Part shown: piece by piece, positions 44,414-56,116 of the stretch
Numbering within the stretch: position 1 is the first letter of the stretch
How the letters are laid out: every line of letters begins with the position of its first letter
NCBI GenBank assembly: GCA_977017575.1
Contig: CDRNVI010000054.1
Coordinates: 310,001-374,000, forward strand
Direction of reading: 5' to 3'
Length of the DNA: 64,000 nt
DNA from: Paramoeba atlantica
Lineage: Eukaryota > Protista > Discosea
Translations under genes and position numbers: made by a program
Notes under the pieces: generated by a model
Databases searched by the model: none
The model's input: only the letters and a program-made list of their open reading frames with translations
Told to the model about the DNA's origin: nothing

Positions 44414-45184
44414 ATGATTCTTCTGGCATTTCTTCACGACCCAGCTGAACGTTCGTCTAAGAGACGTAAAATTAACCCTGTCGATTCAAGTACATCCGGA
44501 AGTCCGTGTAAAGGATCAGTCGTGCGCACTGGAAAGGTAAGTCACGCTACCCTACCGGGAGAATATCAACTGGCCCGACTGGTCCGAGAGTTAGGCAATT
44601 TGCCCAAATCCTGGAATACCAAAACTCCCTCTTGCGAGTGGTTAGGTGCAAAGTGTAACGACGAAGGCCTGATTACAGAGATTCACTGGGATCAACTACA
44701 ATTATACGGCTTGCTACGTATGCAGCATCTTCCAGAAACTGTGTTGGTATTTACCGGCATAGATAATACACTGGAAGGACGCAACTTCCTAGGTGATCTT
44801 CCTTCAGGTCATAAAATCTTTAGCATTGGATGGAATAAATTTGACGGTGAACTCGACTTAACTGTTCTTCCACAAGGTATGATATCCGTTCTGCTGTACG
44901 ACAACGAGTTTTCAGGCGAAGTTTGCCTGACAAGTCTGCCTCACCAATTGCAAAAGCTTTCTCTTGCGCGCAATCGTCTCTCCGGAACACCTGATCTTAC
45001 AGCTCTTCCGGCATCTTTGCGCCACTTGGGATTGTGTAGAAACCGTTTTTCTGGTATTGCTGACATCACACAGTTGCCGCCTTCTGTTAGAACTGTCGAT
45101 TTGTCCTTTAATCCAGATTTACTGTGTCGTATGGATGGCGAACATGAGGTGAAACAAGCGGGCCGCTTTAGCTTTTGTAGGTAG
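44414..45184 (+). CDS. LRR-family protein (copy 5)
   Basis: RTGKVSHATLPGEYQLARL N-terminus, CEWLGAKC cap, LRRs. Confidence 0.88.
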   Translation: MILLAFLHDPAERSSKRRKINPVDSSTSGSPCKGSVVRTGKVSHATLPGEYQLARLVRELGNLPKSWNTKTPSCEWLGAKCNDEGLITEIHWDQLQLYGLLRMQHLPETVLVFTGIDNTLEGRNFLGDLPSGHKIFSIGWNKFDGELDLTVLPQGMISVLLYDNEFSGEVCLTSLPHQLQKLSLARNRLSGTPDLTALPASLRHLGLCRNRFSGIADITQLPPSVRTVDLSFNPDLLCRMDGEHEVKQAGRFSFCR

Positions 45185-45599
45185 AGTGCGTTGCAACTGA
45201 GTTTGCGCGTCCTAATTATTTCCTCGAATGTGACTAGTTTTAAATGCCGCGTACTAGTTTACAGTATTAATTTTTTAAGTCCGTGTACATGAGCTTCAAG
45301 TCCTGTACTACCATACAGGGGGGACCACGAAAACTGACTAGCTTCGCATTTTATAGATATCAAGAGGCCGTTTGCGCTGATTTTTGTCGCAAACGAGAGA
45401 TCTCGTTCTGAATGTCGTGTCTACGCTACTTAGAGCCCGTTTCTACTAATCAGGTATTTTTTTGCTTACAAAATGGTGATATTTGGGGCAAAGTATTTTG
45501 CAAAAGTAACCGAAAATCGTAAAAAAGGCTAACAAAAAAATCCAATCCGTTTTGGGTAGAATGGTCTAATCCATGTTACGGGGGGGGGGGGGGTGATCG

Positions 45600-45904
45600 T
45601 TCTCTGGAGCCCCGAAAGTTATAAACGCCAGGGCGTAAAAGTCCTTATTTCTCACCGCTGCTTGTGTGGCCTGGGTTGAAGTCTTCTTGCCCTCCTCCAG
45701 GCCTAAAGAGAAGCCGGGGGATCCCGCCTCCCCGGAGACGTAAGACGATGCAAGGGGGTTAATGACCGTGACATCCACCAGGGCAAGGCCGGACCCGATT
45801 TGGAAGCACACATCCGCACCCTTTTTATTATCAAATCGGAGTTCGTTGAGATCTGGGTTGTGTTTGTACTGGGGTAGGAGGTGACGGAAGCCATCCTTAA
45901 CCAA
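45600..45904 (-). pseudogene. CRE-clade restriction-like endonuclease fragment
   Basis: GADVCF....LALVDVTVINPLASSY....PG.....E..K....F.ALAF.TFG. Confidence 0.65.
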
Positions 45905-47012
45905 TTTATGGCGGGATACCCGTGTACTTCCTTTTAGTAAAAGGAAAACGGGTAAAATTTTACCCGTTTACAGTCCAGAGCGTGGACTACGAATTCTTTA
46001 TTTGGGAAAGAGATCCCGCACACGCATTGTACCGTTGGGCAAGACAAAAAAACGTACATACTGTAGGCCCGAACCGATACTTGCATTCAAAGTAACATGC
46101 ATTGCTCTTCTACATAAGTTAATCAACAAAACAAATTTGAAGGGCCTTATCATGATATGCGACCTAATAACATAAATCTAATAATATAAATTAGACCTTA
46201 TCATAATTTTTCTGCTGAACGGTCGTGCCCTCGAGCCGAACTCTTCGGGCTCTAAAGTTTAATAGTTTATAACATATCAATCCTATGGATACCAAGATTC
46301 CGTTGCAGTTTTCCGACTAATGACCGGAGTATCACTGGGCAAGAGGTTAATATTTCTTTTTTAGGCTCTTCGTTAAACGTGGTGGTTGTTTTAAACTTAG
46401 AAGTCACTCATGCTGCGCGCTTCGCGTTGAAAACTACCACCGCGTTTAACGAAGAGCCTAAAAACAAAAAATCGCCAAAAGATCATCAATAATCTATTTT
46501 TCTCCGTGAAAAAGCGCGATTTTTCGGCAAAAATTGCGAAATTTTAACCCAAATTTGGGCCGCTTTTGATGCCTGACCAGTAGGCTTAGGAAACGAATTT
46601 GCCGAAAAAAACGTTGTAGAAAGGTAGCTGAGGTCTAAAACTCTTAAAATACGTTTTAGGACACGATTTTGGAAAAGTAATATTTTTACTTTTTTTTGGG
46701 TCAATTTTTTTTTTTGGTCACCCCAAATTTTTGGGGTGACCCCCCCATGGACCCCCCCTAGGGGTCCTTTTTTTCAATTTTTTTCTTCTTTTTTGGACCA
46801 CCGGAGCCCCCTTTTATATTTTTTTCTTCTATTATATTACTGTGTTTCTCTTTATATTTTCACTGTTTTTATTCACTTTTTTTGCAATAATCGAGGGTAG
46901 AGCGGTAGTTATACAACCACCGCAATAAAATTTATAAGTTATTTACGATGTGCAATGCACAGTCGTCTCCAGTAGCTTGTTGCACGCAATCAACATGTGA
47001 CCTGTGGTCAAT

Positions 47013-49321
47013 ATATGATTTCATACAGGGCGATTACCTGTAGAGATTAAGGGATATGGTTTTCTTCGGAAAGCACGTGCAAGCCATATCCTGTTGAACC
47101 GAATTACGTTGTTTCTTCCCAAGCATTTGACGCCCTTTTTATCCGAATCATAAAACTTCCTCTCACTGCTTTTTGTATCATATTTTCGAGACAGGAGAAA
47201 GCGAGTGATTTATCACCATTATAAAGGTGGTAGAGGTCCCGGCTGAATGGGTTTGGGAGACCGCGAGCGCCGATTTCAATCACGATCAGATAACAGTTAG
47301 GATGCACCTGACGTCGGCGATGTAGAATGTTGCAATATTTTTGTCTTTTGCGGCTCTGCGCAGCATCCATAGCTTCTTCCGTGTGTGAGCATTTCCGCGT
47401 AGGTCGAAATGATGCGTAAAGGCGTGAGGGGATTCCGCTACGAACTTGCGTAATTGTGTTAGGACTAGATCGTGCCGGCACGTACATGTATATCGCCCTT
47501 GCGCTAGAGCAACGCTACAGCCTGACAGTATACAGGGGGGGTCACGAAAAGAGTGGGGGGTCTAAAATTTGTACCGTGCGAGCTTTTGACCTAATTCCTT
47601 CGGCACTCAACAGATCTCGAAATTTTAAGACTACAAATTTTCAATTAAATTTAAATCCGGCGACTTGGCAGGCCAATCAGGAATGCTGATACCCATGTCT
47701 CTGCCGACGCGGCGAGCGTGATTATGGCCCGGAGCGTTATCCATGATCACTGTTGCCGCTGGTTTACGCTTTAACTAGTTGTAGAAACCATTTCGTTTTG
47801 TCATGGCAGAGAGAAACGTTTCATTAGTGACCGTCTCATTCTCCGCAAGCTCATGAAAACAGTGAACCTTGGGAACCCCCCATTCAAGGCTCACCGCCAT
47901 CCAAATATGAACTCCCTTTCCTCCGAAATATTTCTCAACATCTTTTGGTACCTCAAGGGGTTCATCTGACCTTTTGCAAATGTACCAAATATTGCGTGAG
48001 TGGTACCCGCATTTAAAATTCTTTTCATTCGTCCACAGAATACGGGCGTATTGAAAAGGGGTGAACCTCTCCAAACGATTTGCCAACTCCAGGCGGTCGA
48101 ATTTGTGCTGAGGCGTGAGATGAGGAACTTTCCTCATTTTTCTGCTTATGTACCCGCTCCTTTTCAGTGATCTTTTCACAGAGGAAAGAGAGCATGGGTA
48201 CTTGGTTTGATCGATCTGGCGGTGACCCCACCTCCAAGATGGACAGCCAATGGGACTACGTTGATTTTCTTCATCTACAATAGATTCTAACATTATTCGA
48301 AACTCTTCATTATCAATCGCATTCTTACGTATGTATTTTATACGTTCTAACCCTCCTGTCTCCCGGTGGCGTTTAACCTATCGAGAGACAGTTGCTTCAC
48401 TGCATTTCATAAGAGCAGCAGTGTCTGTAATCGAACGTCCCTGGTTTTGTACCTCATGGACGCAAATTACACGTGTTTCATAAGTGATTTGTTGCGTCGA
48501 GAGGGTGCGCCTCTGGCGGCGAAGTGTTTTCGGCATAAAAGATGTGTTAGAAAGAGTTAAGTGGTATTTTATTCATAGATTAATGGGCTAAAATGATAAA
48601 AAATGATAAAAATCCGATTTTTTGCAGAATTTTCAGGTAAAAAGTTCAGTAAAATTTTATCATGACGTCATATCAGCTTCAGGGGCGGCAACAATGGTGC
48701 CAGTAGTCTTAAAATTTCGAGATCTGTTGAGTGCCGAAGGAATTAGGTCAAAAGCTCGCACGGTACAAATTTTAGACCCCCCACCTTTTTCGTGACCCCC
48801 CCTGTATGGCGTGTAGTTTCCGTTGCCTCGTGGCAAAGGGAGCTTTGATGTTCATGCGCTCGTTGGCGCAGAGATACAGCCCTTGATGCGACGGCCGATA
48901 TCATCGGCACAATCCGTAATGACGGATGTCGCACCAAGGGGGTTTAGCACGGACTCTGTCGGTAGAGGGGGTCCAGGCAACTCGCCCTCTCTTTACGCAG
49001 CCGGAGGGGCGCACTGCAACCGACCGCTGCCTCGTGATAAGACGAGGCAGAGTCACGCCCAGTGGTCCTCAAGGGAGGCCACCATGGCGCATGGCTCCCC
49101 GGGAAGGAAAGGGCGCGAAAGGAAGAAAGCCGGGGAGGGAAGAAAACTCACTCAAGGAGTGAGCCGGGGAGGGGTGATGGGGTGGAAGCGCGTCCCCTAC
49201 TTCGCCGAGAAAGAGGGACAGTTTCGGCCTTAGTGCCGGCCGGCAACGGGCATATTAACAGTAAGACTATGCCCGTTGCCGGGGAAAGAAAAGATGAACA
49301 ATAAGGTACAGAAACTGTATC
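47013..49321 (-). mobile_element. SL-headed non-autonomous HERO derivative (copy C, about 1.03 kb) split by Tc1
   Basis: Head at 49299-49321. Tc1 removal restores SSLCHEATETTRHILSGCSVALAQGRY...RHDLVL. IEIGARG follows, then the tail ctctacaggtaatcgccctgtatgaaat. Confidence 0.85.
47533..48804 (-). mobile_element. Tc1/mariner element with degenerate transposase (ATG at 48536)
   Basis: About 100-bp TIRs CAGGGGGGGTCACGAAAA; TA TSD; GCPSW, WTNEKNF, YFGGKGVHIW, IMDNAPGH; homologous to 10010-11129. Confidence 0.9.
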
Positions 49322-49499
49322 GTGAGATACTGCACCAGGAGCGTGTTGCTTCAAACTGTCAAAGACTAGAAGGGTGTTAGAAGAGACGCGAACAAGTACG
49401 AAGTGAACTTCGTAATACTGACATGCGTACTATTCCATCATGGGATCGATTTCAGGGACAGTCCCAAACTCAAGAAGTGTCTGTGTTTGCCACACATTC

Positions 49500-50890
49500 C
49501 ACAATGCGACTTTTGTACCCGTTTGTATTGATTTGTACTTCTCGATTACTCGGTTGCATAAAATATCCAGAAGTCCGCATGGAATTAGATAGCCCCGGCG
49601 GCGGGCAGCGTTCCATCGATCCGCTTTATACGAAGTACTCGTTTGTTCAGTTGATGACAGAGCTACATCAATCTTATTTAATTTTGTTGCTTGATCAGAT
49701 TGTGGAACTATTTTCTGAGCAATTTCACTTTTTTCGAAAAGTTTCTTACGTGAAGCCCACGCAGAAGCCTTTAATCGCCTTCCGGATTCTGGTGATATTG
49801 GTATCTTATTAGGTTTCGTATCGCTTTCGTTTCGAACCAATGCCTTGGTGCCTTACCCCATATTTGCATTCTCTACCTTTTTGGTAAAAAAATGGTCCTT
49901 TTTTTTCGGACAACTGTTTTCGTCGTTTTTTTTCAAAACAACACTATGTAAGTCGGGGGGTACACCGCGGCACTATACATGGGGGACACCCCAGTGGGGG
50001 ACACAGTATACATGTATGTATGCTCACAGTATATGGATACTGTTATGGATAAGTGACCAAACTTTCCCTTAACTGATAAATCTTCCCAGAAAACGGACAA
50101 TTCACTTTCTTTATCACTTGCAGAACCTTCGTTAGAAAGATTAAAATATTGCACTCGTCCGCTCAACCATAGTTTTAAATCGCGAGTCACGTTTGCCAGC
50201 GAAACTTCTCGAGCAGGATTTTTGGAGAACTGTGCCGCCAATTTCTTACATCACTCATTAAGACTTATGACATACCCTTTTCAGCTCCAATTAACTCGAG
50301 GAGATAATAGAGCAACAAGCAAATGCACAGGACTCAATGTTGGCATAAGACGATCCATCAAGACCATGCAAAGTGGCCTTGGTGCTTCATCACTTAGACG
50401 AATCCACATTCGAAGCGCCGATGACACAGTGCAATCATCGCGTTCGATAAGTTTCCCTACTAGTAGTAGGGAACTACGCGATACACTACGCGATACAGTA
50501 ACTACGCGATACACTAGCAGCTTTTCGATCCACACATACATTTTTGCCTTCGTGGAAAATGATTCCCATGCAGGATCACTAAGAGCACGTTCCACAAGAT
50601 CCAAAGTAAACCACCAACGTGTTGGACAAGGGGCTCGTCACTTTTCATAGGTTTTCCCGAGCTCTAGAATAGCACTCGTATCCTCTATGCTCATAATGTT
50701 CCCCATGAGTTGAAGTGAATGCACAAAACATACAGTATACGCAATTCCGTTTTCATCGGCAGTCATCATCAACCCCTTTTTTATTCCTGTTCCTTCGCGG
50801 CGCGATCTTTGATCTTGTGCTAGTTTTGTTCTGTTTAGGGTTTGTGTGTGCGTTTTGCGTGCTATTGGGATGAAAAAGTCATCCAAAAAA
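49500..50890 (-). pseudogene. hAT-like transposase relic
   Basis: CFVHSLQL (CxxH motif), PCPTRWWFTLDLVERAL, and a possible SGSMERC dimerisation motif; many stops. Confidence 0.55.
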
Positions 50891-51055
50891 AGAAAATTTC
50901 AGGATAAAATTTGTGGATCTGAAGCAAAGACAGGGTAGCTGTCAGGGAGGAGGGGGGTAGGAATATTAAGCACCATTGGGACACTTAATATTCCTGGTAG
51001 GGATAATACGAGGGTATAAGAATATTAACCCAGAGAGTGGTTTATATTTCACTGC

Positions 51056-51240
51056 TTGGAATACTCAATGGACCGCCCAGGATGTACTACATTGGTCTGC
51101 TTTGTATTCGTGACCTGTAAAGAGGGTAAGGTGCACTCCCAGGCTTCCCACCCAGTTTCACAGCATTCAGTGCACAATGGAGACCATGTATGCTCTTCAC
51201 TATTTTTGACAAAGTACTTTTTTCGCCACGTCAATAAGGA
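51056..51240 (+). mobile_element. Fragment of the second Merlin family
   Basis: The 5' sequence (MEYSMDRPGCTTLVC) is close to 29150-29223 (MEYPMDCPGCTTLAC). Confidence 0.6.
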
Positions 51241-51544
51241 ATACGCGGGTTTTGCAACGTTTTACCAGGTTTTGCCCTTCATAGGTTTCAACCCTCTAAG
51301 AAGTATTTATAAATCCTGTGAACCGAATAATTCATAATTAGTTATTAGAGGGAGAAATACACAAAGAACAGAATTTAAAATCACAGAATCATAAATTGCC
51401 GGAAATGTTCAACTCTCTCGAATGCGCTAGCATTTTCCAAAATTAGGTAATTTTTTACCCCCCGCCACACCTTTGGACTCGAACTCCTGTATGCGTTTAT
51501 TTACGTTATACTTTTAGGGTTTTAATATCAATCTGAATATTTTT

Positions 51545-52084
51545 ATGGACGAAGCTCCAACGGTAGTTACCAGGCCTGCAAAGGTGCGTGGTGCACTCAA
51601 TCTTCCTCCAGAATACGACCTCGAGATGCTTACTAAGCAAATAGATGGTCACGTTTTTTCGTGGTCCGAAAAGTCATCTGGGAAACAAAAGAGATCATCC
51701 CGGAGCAATACGTTAGGTCGAGGTGATGGGGTGTTGTACCGCAATGACGAAGTACGAACTATTCGATGGCGTGAGTACGGATTATCCGGGTCTCTCAACT
51801 GGGCATTTATTCCCCGAAACATGCGTTGTATTGATGTGAGTTATAATGACTTAACAGGAGAGGTGGAATGGGGCATGTTGCCCCCTACGTTGGTTCAGTT
51901 GTGGCTGTCTTCAAATCGCTTTACTGGGGAGATCGATTTTTCCTGCCTACCCCAGACGTTGCAGGTTCTAGACCTGCATTGTAATGATTTTTCTGGAACG
52001 GTATTATTCGAATCACGCCCAAAGGGACTCTTTTATCTTCGTCTTAGTAGGAATCCTAGAATCAAGAGCTGTATGGCTATATAA
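51545..52084 (+). CDS. LRR-family protein (copy 6, short)
   Basis: AKVRGALNLPPEYDLE N-terminus; 4-5 LRRs. Confidence 0.8.
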   Translation: MDEAPTVVTRPAKVRGALNLPPEYDLEMLTKQIDGHVFSWSEKSSGKQKRSSRSNTLGRGDGVLYRNDEVRTIRWREYGLSGSLNWAFIPRNMRCIDVSYNDLTGEVEWGMLPPTLVQLWLSSNRFTGEIDFSCLPQTLQVLDLHCNDFSGTVLFESRPKGLFYLRLSRNPRIKSCMAI

Positions 52085-52899
52085 TGTAAGGATCAGCACT
52101 TTCACGGAAACTGTACAGTGCGTATGATAGGGATATACAGGGACATGAAAGGTAATAGGCCACTTTTTATTAGCACGTTGCGACCTTAGCTACTATTAGT
52201 TCTCTTTAGTTACTCGAATAGAATAATTTTCTTTTCTTCGTGACCTTGTTCTTTCTTTAGTGAACAGCTAGTGTTTGATTACGAGAAAAAACGTATGGCA
52301 TCCGCGCGTGGCGATGCATGACGCCGAAGAAGTGGGAACTGATGACAGTATTTAACATCAACTCGACTGTGAATATAGTGTTGTGCACTCGTGAGAAGAC
52401 TCACAGAAGACTCACTGCAGTTAAACGAATATGTAATACAGGATATGCACTTACGCTGTACACCCTGCATTATACCGTGACCCCCCCCTTTAATATGGAC
52501 AGGGGGTACCTCCCCTTTATTATGGACAAATCCGACCGGGCGCCGCGGAGAATTTGAAAGTAATTAAATGCAGTAGTACGTATTGCCCAGTAACATTGAT
52601 ATAGTATCGCCCAGTAACATTGAATGCACGCCCTGTTTATTCTTGTTTTTTTCAGAAATCAGGTGGAACCCATTGCTTGCTAAAATTCCAACGAAATAGA
52701 ACATCCTTGTCTTTAGGTTAAGGAGCTTAATGGATAAGGAGTTAAACTCCTTATCCGGCTCGTCAGACCACATCCCCCACAGCTCCAACCCTTGTTTCCG
52801 AATCTTTCCCTCCACCTTCTGCGTGGGCTCGTTAGGCTCGTCTTTCCGACGAAAAACCGCACGCACTCTTACCACTGGTCGCTCGCCTGTCGCAATCAT

Positions 52900-53400
52900 C
52901 AATTTTTTTCTAACGACTCCACACAACTGATGTAAAGATTGGGTGGGCAACGGCTCGGTAGGCGCGAGGTCGTCTGCCCCTGGTGTTACACCCCCGCCAA
53001 AAAGTATTGTAATTTATTAGTATCGACCACGAATTTTTGGTCCACACCCTCAAGGTGGCGGAGTGGCAAGAATTCAAAGTTTGAAGTACATGGTGCTCAG
53101 ACGGCGAGTTCAAACCCGATCATCGCAATATTCCTGACGGCCTCACTCTAAGAGGCTGGGCTGAGAACCGACTAGGCCCAGTACTCGGAGGACCGTCCCG
53201 GACCCTCCCCTCAGGGAACCAGCTCCCTTACCCGGCTTACGTCTCTTGGGTAAGCCGTGTTGACGTACAGTTCGTCGACGCAGCGTGTTGGCAACAGCAC
53301 GTTGGTGCCGCCTTGGACAAGCGGAAACTGGTAGAAGACGTCGGCCTCGGAACTTCCAAATCTGTCTGTGAAGGGTCTGGCTTGCCAGCGACCATCCGGA
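52900..53400 (-). mobile_element. Fragment homologous to the body of SL-headed element B
   Basis: YQFPLVQGG segment and flanking DNA shared with 41440-41660. Confidence 0.55.
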
Positions 53401-53888
53401 GCAATCCGGAATTTGGATTGGATCACCCCCCCCCCTTTATTATGGACAAAAGCTGAAAAAGTGTCCATAATAAAGGGGGAGTCACAGTACAGGGATACAA
53501 GTTTTTTCAGCGTCTTGTGCAAGAATGCTAGACAGGAGATAGATTGCCGTACGAAGGTCAGTATACTTTTCTCGGATTTTTCGACTTGAGGGTCTGTTCC
53601 CAGAGATTCTTGTGAAACCCCTTCACGAGCAGAGAAAATGTGTTTTATGTGGTGGTAGTAGTAGTTGCTGTGCGAGTAGTGCCCTACCCATGGACAATCA
53701 ATGCATTTCAAGTGTGTGCGCTGTTGCATTCACGTGGTAGGGACGAGGATGACGAACAGTAACTAACAAAAGTGTTCAAATGTTTTCACAAATTTTAATG
53801 TTTTTATATTTTACAAAAGAGATGCAGAGGATAATGCAGTAGTATATTACAGTAGTGTAGGCTGGAGTAGTGCTTATATTCCCACGTA

Positions 53889-54146
53889 CTTAGACTTCAT
53901 CAACGATCTTACAATAAAAAACTATGAAAGATATAATGCGAGCCCAACACTTGAACACTTTTTTCACCTTTTTGAGATTATTTTTTTTGACCAAAACTTT
54001 GCCTGACTTCACCCTTACCAAACCAAAATGACCAAAACTTAATACTTCGTAAGTCCCCCCTTCGCCCTAATTAAAGTGTTCAAGTGTTGGACTCGCATTA
54101 TATCTTTCATAGTTTTTTATTGTAAGATCGCTGATGAAGTCTAAGA
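53889..54146. mobile_element. Foldback MITE with ~80-bp arms
   Basis: CTTAGACTTCATCAACGATCTTAC... inverted at 54074-54146. Confidence 0.75.
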
Positions 54147-54263
54147 AGATATCATTGTTTGGCGCTGCTGCACTGGTACGTAAGCGGTCTTAGAGAATGA
54201 CATGTTCGGAGTTTGAGACTGGTCGACCCTTTCAGGTTGCGTCAAGCGATCAGGTGATACATA

Positions 54264-55007
54264 CAGGGGTGTAAATTTGGATGTGGGGGGGGGTCTAAAA
54301 TTTGTAAAAATTAACCAATTTTGGAAAATAATAGCGCATTCGAGAGCTCCCGAACAGGGCTCATTAACGTAACAAGGCCGAACTATGCACAAGGGGGTAT
54401 TGCCCCCTAGACAAAGCGCCCCCAAAAGCTATTTGCAACTTTCTAAAACAATAGCAAATATCGAAAAAAAAAATTAATAATTGCTATTATCGTCGATTAA
54501 TCCCAATCACAATACAGCATCCCTTTCGAAAGCTCTTCATGGCATTTTCATGGGCCTTGAAACCCTGCTTCGATCGCAATGATCAAATCTGCACTATTCC
54601 GAGGGGCTCAACCATTTTTGGAGTCGCCCACTATGGAACATGATTTTTTAGCGCGAAATAGATTGTGTTGTTTCGTAATCAGCAACAAGAACCATGCACC
54701 AGCTTGCTTTTACGTGCCCAGGCGAAGAATAAACCCTTTCGTAGTCTTTGCGTTCGGGTGATGGCCCACAACCCCATCTTTGTAGCATTAATCAGGGGAG
54801 AAATCAGAAAAACTGTCAAAAATGCAAAATTTTACCTCCCAAAAAACTAATTTTTTTTACGTGCACTCGAAATTCTAATTAACGCAGATGCCGTACATGC
54901 ACGTTCATGAGCCCAGTTCGAGAGCTCTCGAATGCGCTATAATTTTCCAAAATTGGCCAAGTTTTACAAACTTTAGACCCCGCCCCACATCCAAATTTAC
55001 ACCCCTG
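54264..55007. mobile_element. Non-autonomous Tc1-type element
   Basis: About 95-bp TIRs CAGGGGTGTAAATTTGGATGTGGGG; TA TSD. Confidence 0.85.
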
Positions 55008-55149
55008 TATGTCAGGGGTGTGACTTCAACGAGATTGCTCCCCTTAGGTAAGATAATGTCAACGTGTTGCCCCCTCCGACCATGTCGCGTCGTTTCGGCG
55101 AGCACAGAGTTTACTCCCTCTGATGACCACCTGTGTTGTGCTTTCCCGA

Positions 55150-55990
55150 ATCTTTTGACCAAAATATGGTCCCCATTGAGGACGGTGGTGATCCATTTGC
55201 ATGATTGGAATCCCCGGGCACCTACTTCGAAGGCTAGTATGTAGGCGTCCAGTTTTTCCTGTCGCCTATTGTATCCTGTCGCATATTGTATTTCTCAGAT
55301 TTCCTGCGATGTGCATTTTCGGCGTTTTCTCCCCATGTTCGATAAGGAGCTCTGTCCTGTTGTGAAGTTTTAGATATTCTTTGGACGAGCAATATATCCT
55401 GCTCTCTGAGCCAGGTTGGCAGGTTACGTCCTGGTAGGTCAAAATGTGTAGGTCAAAGTCAGTTCCTGATCCTTCCCGAATATGTCTAGCAAATTCATTA
55501 GGGACGAAGTTGTGTCGGAATGTGTACCTTCTCTGATTTGACGAACTCCTTGATGTGATTCACAGCGTAGTGGCGGTAATAATCGCTGAGGTTTCGTAAC
55601 CTTTCCAGAAATCGCTTTCCAGGAACAGTGCACGCGCTGACCAGATGGGGGAGAATGAAGGTACGAAGGGTTTCAAGATCGCGGTGCTTCACCAACTTCC
55701 AATGAGTAGACCCATGTTCCGCCCCTCTTACTCTGTGAGTGTCGCGAACCACCAGCCCCGCTGTCGTTGACGATGACCCCGGTTCTTCGTTTGTACTTCC
55801 GCTTACCTATGAACGTCTCGTCCACTCGGATTCGCGAAAACCTGTTGTCAAGATTTCGCTCCTGATCAAGTTCAGCCTCCCCGAGGTGTCGCAAGATGTC
55901 CCCACAACCTTTCGTTCCTACAAATGTGTTCTTTTAGCTTCACTCGTTGTGCCCCAGGAGAGTGTCATTTTCAGCACAGTATGAGAAATT
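55150..55990 (-). pseudogene. Merlin transposase relic, third family
   Basis: IRVDETFIGKRKY and YAVNHIKEFV..KVH in different frames. Confidence 0.65.
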
Positions 55991-56116
55991 TTCAACTTCG
56001 AGAAAAACGTATTTTACACGGACATGATTTTTTCCTCGTACCCCTCATTATGCTATTTATTCCTAAACAAACGCTATAAATTTCATTTTTTCGCATTTTT
56101 ATTCCCTATCCCCCCA

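Noticed and set aside
49040-49100. HDV-like ribozyme in the SL-headed element body (CCTCCCTTGAGG-N7-GG)
   Set aside because: A P1.1-like GG is conserved in three copies, but no consistent P1/P2 pairing was found by eye.
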